Shown here piece after piece: positions 60,347 through 64,000 of a DNA stretch of 64,000 nucleotides. A program made the position numbers and the translations under genes. The notes under the pieces were generated by a model that had not been told where the DNA came from, ran no database searches, and saw only the letters and a list, made by a program, of their open reading frames with translations. This stretch comes from Chiloscyllium plagiosum. Taxonomy: Eukaryota. Each line of letters starts with the position of its first letter. Positions within the stretch are counted from its first letter, which is position 1. Where the stretch lies: contig NC_057731.1 of the NCBI RefSeq assembly GCF_004010195.1, positions 17,822,720-17,886,719 on the forward strand, read 5' to 3'.

Positions 60347-62903
60347 ACATTTGAAAGACACCTGGACAGGTACGTAGACAGGCTTAGAGACATATGGGCC
60401 AAACGCAGGCAAATGGGACTAGTTCAGATAACGAAACTGGGTCAGCATGGCTAAGTTGGGCTGAAAGGCCTGTTTCCATGCTATATGACTCTATGACTGA
60501 CAGGAGTAAGAATTCAGTGCTTTAGCGCAATGGATATGGAAGTACCAATGACAGCCAGCTTCTGGGGAAATACCATCTACTCTCCCTTCTCTAAAGAAAT
60601 ATCTTGTGCCCACTTTGTCCCTTTACAAAGTAAGCTATTTTTAAGTCCTTCAGTATTTTTTTAGGTTTCTCACAATTGGAGGTCTCAGCACTGGCCAAAG
60701 AATGGAAATTGAGAGCAGAGCCGAACTAGCATGTATGGGAAGTATGAAGGCCAAGTCTCAGATTGCAGGTGTGTCATGGACCTGCAACAGCATAAGGAGC
60801 GTACTCCAGAAATTCTAAAGAACGTGCCTGACTTATTAGGGCTTTGCTATTTCTATGGGTTTTGGGTGTTATTGTGTGAAACTGAGAGAGCTAGCAAACC
60901 TTTCAGAGCCAACGTATGGGTAAATTTAATTAATTTGGATTTTTCTTTTCTCGTTCTTATGTTATAAATAGTTGTTTTTAAATTTATAAAGTTGGTTGTC
61001 TCATAATAATTACCCATTCAAGGGTTTTGGACAAGTTGTTTGATAAGCTGGTTTGGGTTGTTTTGTAAATAAGAGCTTTTTTTTAAAAAAAGTGCAGGAA
61101 TTTTCATGATTACTTGTTCTTCATAGGTATATTTCCATTTGTAATTTACTCACATTGAGGTGGATTATTAGATACCTGGTCATTTAATGAAAAATAGCAT
61201 CAATTTTGTTACCCTCTCTGGATTTGTGTCGTGATAAACAAATGGCGTTACTCAGGGTCAGATGGCTTTAAGTGTTGTGAAACTCGAAATATATAATACA
61301 CTTAACACATTTAATTATGGAAATAGAAATATTCTATTTTTACATGCATTTGAAGCACTGATTTTGCATGATTGTGTTGTCAACAGGGAACTTTACTTGC
61401 CAGCTATGCATGTAAAGAAAGAAGTATGCAACATTTCATCTTCCTCTGTGCGCAAACTGAGAACTGGCACAGGCACACTGTGCCAAATGGCCTCCTTCTG
61501 TGCTGTGAACTTCAAAACTTCTCTGGTCCTGTAGCTAGCAAAATCCCCTGCTGCCAATGTGGATCAGGAATGTTATCACAGCATTGAACAGATTTCTCAT
61601 GTGCAGATGCTTTGTTTTAATTATTATATAATGAGATCAAGAAGCAGATGAGAAGTACTGTTATATTTAAGGAACTGTCATTTATGAAGGAAAGACATGT
61701 GCCACTGTATAACTAAAACATGCTATATGCACATATTTATTTTGGTAAGTCTGATGTGTTTACGTACAATATGTGAGAGACACCAATATTTGTAGGTTAA
61801 AAGGCTTGTATATATGCATTTTGTGTTTTTATTTCATACTTCTGGGCACTGATGAAGAAACTCCACATGGAGTTCTAACTACCATTGCTAAAAGTATTTT
61901 TAGTGGTGTTATTCAATCCTTGTTTCTTGGATCTTTGATATCCTTATGTTATTTATCTTCAAGAATCTTCTCAATAGAATGTTTTTGTCTACATAACACC
62001 ATGGTGTACTGCTATTTAGCATTTAAGATTTTTAAGAAGATGTTGACTCAGGAAATAGATATGTACACCAATGAAAATATGAAGGTCACTGATATAGAGG
62101 GGAAAATAGTGAAAGGAAATATACGATACATGGTTGGGAGAGTGCGAAAAATACCAAAGTAAGTTTTGAGATGAGTTGAGAAGATGGGAGATGACAATAA
62201 GACAAAGTATCTGGGAAATAATGAAGATTAGAAAGGAAGGCTGGAAGATAGACTTTTAATTCTTTCTGTGAGAAATGTGAAAAGAGTTAAGTTTGTTTAT
62301 CATGTAAATGGAAAGTTAAGTACTGTCTGCACCGGTAATACAGTGCTAATTTAGTTCCCTGCATACCAATGAAAGCTGAAAATAAACACTGTATTCTGCT
62401 TCCTGTCTGATAGAGTTTGAATGGCTAAAATTAAATTGTGGTGCTACAACGTTTAGCTTGAATCATAAGAAAGTAAATTCATTGAATTTTGCAATCCTTA
62501 ATCTTGACTTTGCATTTTACTGCATTTCCTTCAGTAATTTGTTCTCTGACAAGTTGATTTATACATACATGTCCCTAATTTGAATAATTATTTTTAAAAA
62601 GTCAGTTGCAGCTGTCTTGGATCATTGCTGACAATTAAATTGCAAAATTATCCCCATTTTGTTTTGCAGTTCTAGCAAAACACAGTAACACCTTAATAGA
62701 AGCATGACCTGAGTAGGGAGTGTAGACTTCAGGGCAGCTATCCTTCGTGGTTATGATGCTTCAGCTACTTTCACTCCAGTAATAAACTGCACTTTTTCCT
62801 CTGAAGGATTACCTTAGTAACTTGCATTGATGTTGTAATACCATTCACTACAAGTCACAAAATGACAGATAATATTCTAATTGTTATGCTTTCCTTTCAA
62901 TAG

Positions 62904-63078
62904 TGATTCAGTCACGCATATTGTGACAGAGAATAATTCTTGGAATGAAATTTGGGACTGGATTCAAAACCTGAAGCTGTCAAATGCAGACAAGCTTAAG
63001 ATGCTCAATATCTCCTGGTTCACAGACAGCATGGCTGCTGGAAAGCCTGTGGAGATAGAGGAACGGCATAAGCTTCAG
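62904..63078 (+). CDS. DNTT: DNTT coding exon 2 (175 nt), rest of the BRCT domain
   Basis: Acceptor ttcctttcaatag|T completes Ser (AG|T). Reads SDSVTHIVTENNSWNEIWDWIQNLKLSNADKLKMLNISWFTDSMAAGKPVEIEERHKLQ, then donor CAG|gtaaat. Phase is compatible with exon 1; SDSVTHIV.ENNS and SW..+M.AGKPV are TdT hallmarks. Confidence 0.96.
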
Positions 63079-63399
63079 GTAAATGTTACCTTCCAGAACC
63101 ATCTGTGGTGTCTAGTATAATGCATGTTTACTGTAAGGCTTGTCAGCATTCTTGAGTGCGTTAGGTTATTTTGTTTCTACACCAGAGAGATTAAAGGCAG
63201 CTGATCATTCTGCACAAATCGAGCGTGTGCTGTAAAATAGTTTAAACTGAATAAAAGTGAGATCTTATTCTGACAAGTCAGTTGTTAATGGCTTCTGATC
63301 CAGATAGCAATAAGTTCCAAGCATATTGATAAGAAAGAACAACTGAAAGTATACGTGCAAACAATATTTATATGACAGACTTGAGATTATTAAATATTA

Positions 63400-63810
63400 C
63401 TCAGTGTCAGGCAACTGATGCACTTAAACAGTAAATGAAACTATTGACATCCTCCATCCTCCAACACCTGTCCTCCATTACCCAGTCTTGTCAGTCTGTC
63501 ATTCCTCCTCCCATTCCTACTCAATCATAATCAGAATATCATTTGTAATGGCTTCTCTTTGACTTCTATAAAGTTGCGTCGCAAGCTCCTAAGGATCTAT
63601 CCTTGGCTCTGTCTGGTTTTTAATCCATTAGCTGTTCCTTAGTGACACTGTCTGAAAACACAGTGCCAGTTTCCACAAGTATGCTGTTGATATTCTAATT
63701 CAAACTCACCGCCAACTGTCCTAAGCTCTCCACTGGCTTTAATTTGTCATGCTGCTTGTCAGACTTCCTCTGCTGGATGCAAAGAAATTTATTCTAATTA
63801 AATATTGGAA
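63400..63810 (+). mobile_element. L2 RT relic
   Basis: QGSILG..F.....L....KH..SFH.YA.D resembles L2 RT domains. Confidence 0.6.
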
Positions 63811-64000
63811 AGGCATGGTGGCTCAGTGTTAGCACTGCTGCCTCACAGCACCAGGGACCCAGGTTTGATTCCAGCCTCGGGTGACTATTTGTGTGGAGTT
63901 TGCACATTCTCCCCGTGTCTGTGTGGGTTTCCTCTGCTTGTTCCGGTTTCCTCCCACAGTCTAAAGATGTGCAGGTTAGGTGAATTGGCCAAGCTGAATT
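63811..64000 (+). mobile_element. HE1-like SINE, cut by the window end
   Basis: ggcatggtggctcagtgttagcactgctgcctcacag..ggtttgattcc, plus core. Confidence 0.9.

Larger units (their letters stand above)
58960..60500 (+). mobile_element. CR1/HER1 RT and 3' end with a nested SINE and mini-element
   Basis: KAFD.IPHG, INDVD..INKFADGTKI and LKGDLIQAYKIMRG..GESKTR. Tail ctatatgactctatga. Confidence 0.9.

Noticed and set aside
42985-63078. POLM as an alternative identity
   Set aside because: The SDSVTHIV.ENNS motif and adjacency to a BLNK-like gene favour DNTT.
3568-64000. tRNA-like A/B box sequences
   Set aside because: They are SINE heads followed by the HE1 core and tail, not tRNA genes.

Overview
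Vertebrate genomic DNA, most likely an elasmobranch (shark), judged from HE1-type tRNA-derived SINEs, HER1/CR1 LINEs and a shark-like TdT sequence. It has two assembly gaps (493-922, 46702-46907). Two lymphocyte genes lie head-to-head, about 27.8 kb apart (ATG to ATG). On the + strand are DNTT (TdT) coding exons 1-2 (42985-43196, 62904-63078; BRCT domain). On the - strand are two short coding exons missed by the ORF track (15208-15134, 14696-14634). They encode the start of an SLP-76-type SAM domain and are assigned to BLNK by synteny. The rest is mostly nested, decayed transposable elements: CR1, L2, RTE, Rex1, Tx1, Penelope-like, Gypsy, Harbinger, hAT, a Tigger-like MITE and SINEs. The most notable non-coding signal is a set of about ten minimal hammerhead-ribozyme motifs (CUGANGA-stemII-GAAA-palindromic ACGU/AGCU). 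They are carried by Penelope termini and by very short insertions flanked by target-site duplications (TSDs), some of them palindromic. Most lie in DNTT intron 1, and two have intact cores. Repeat boundaries are approximate and were read by eye. Family names are from motif recognition, not database searches.
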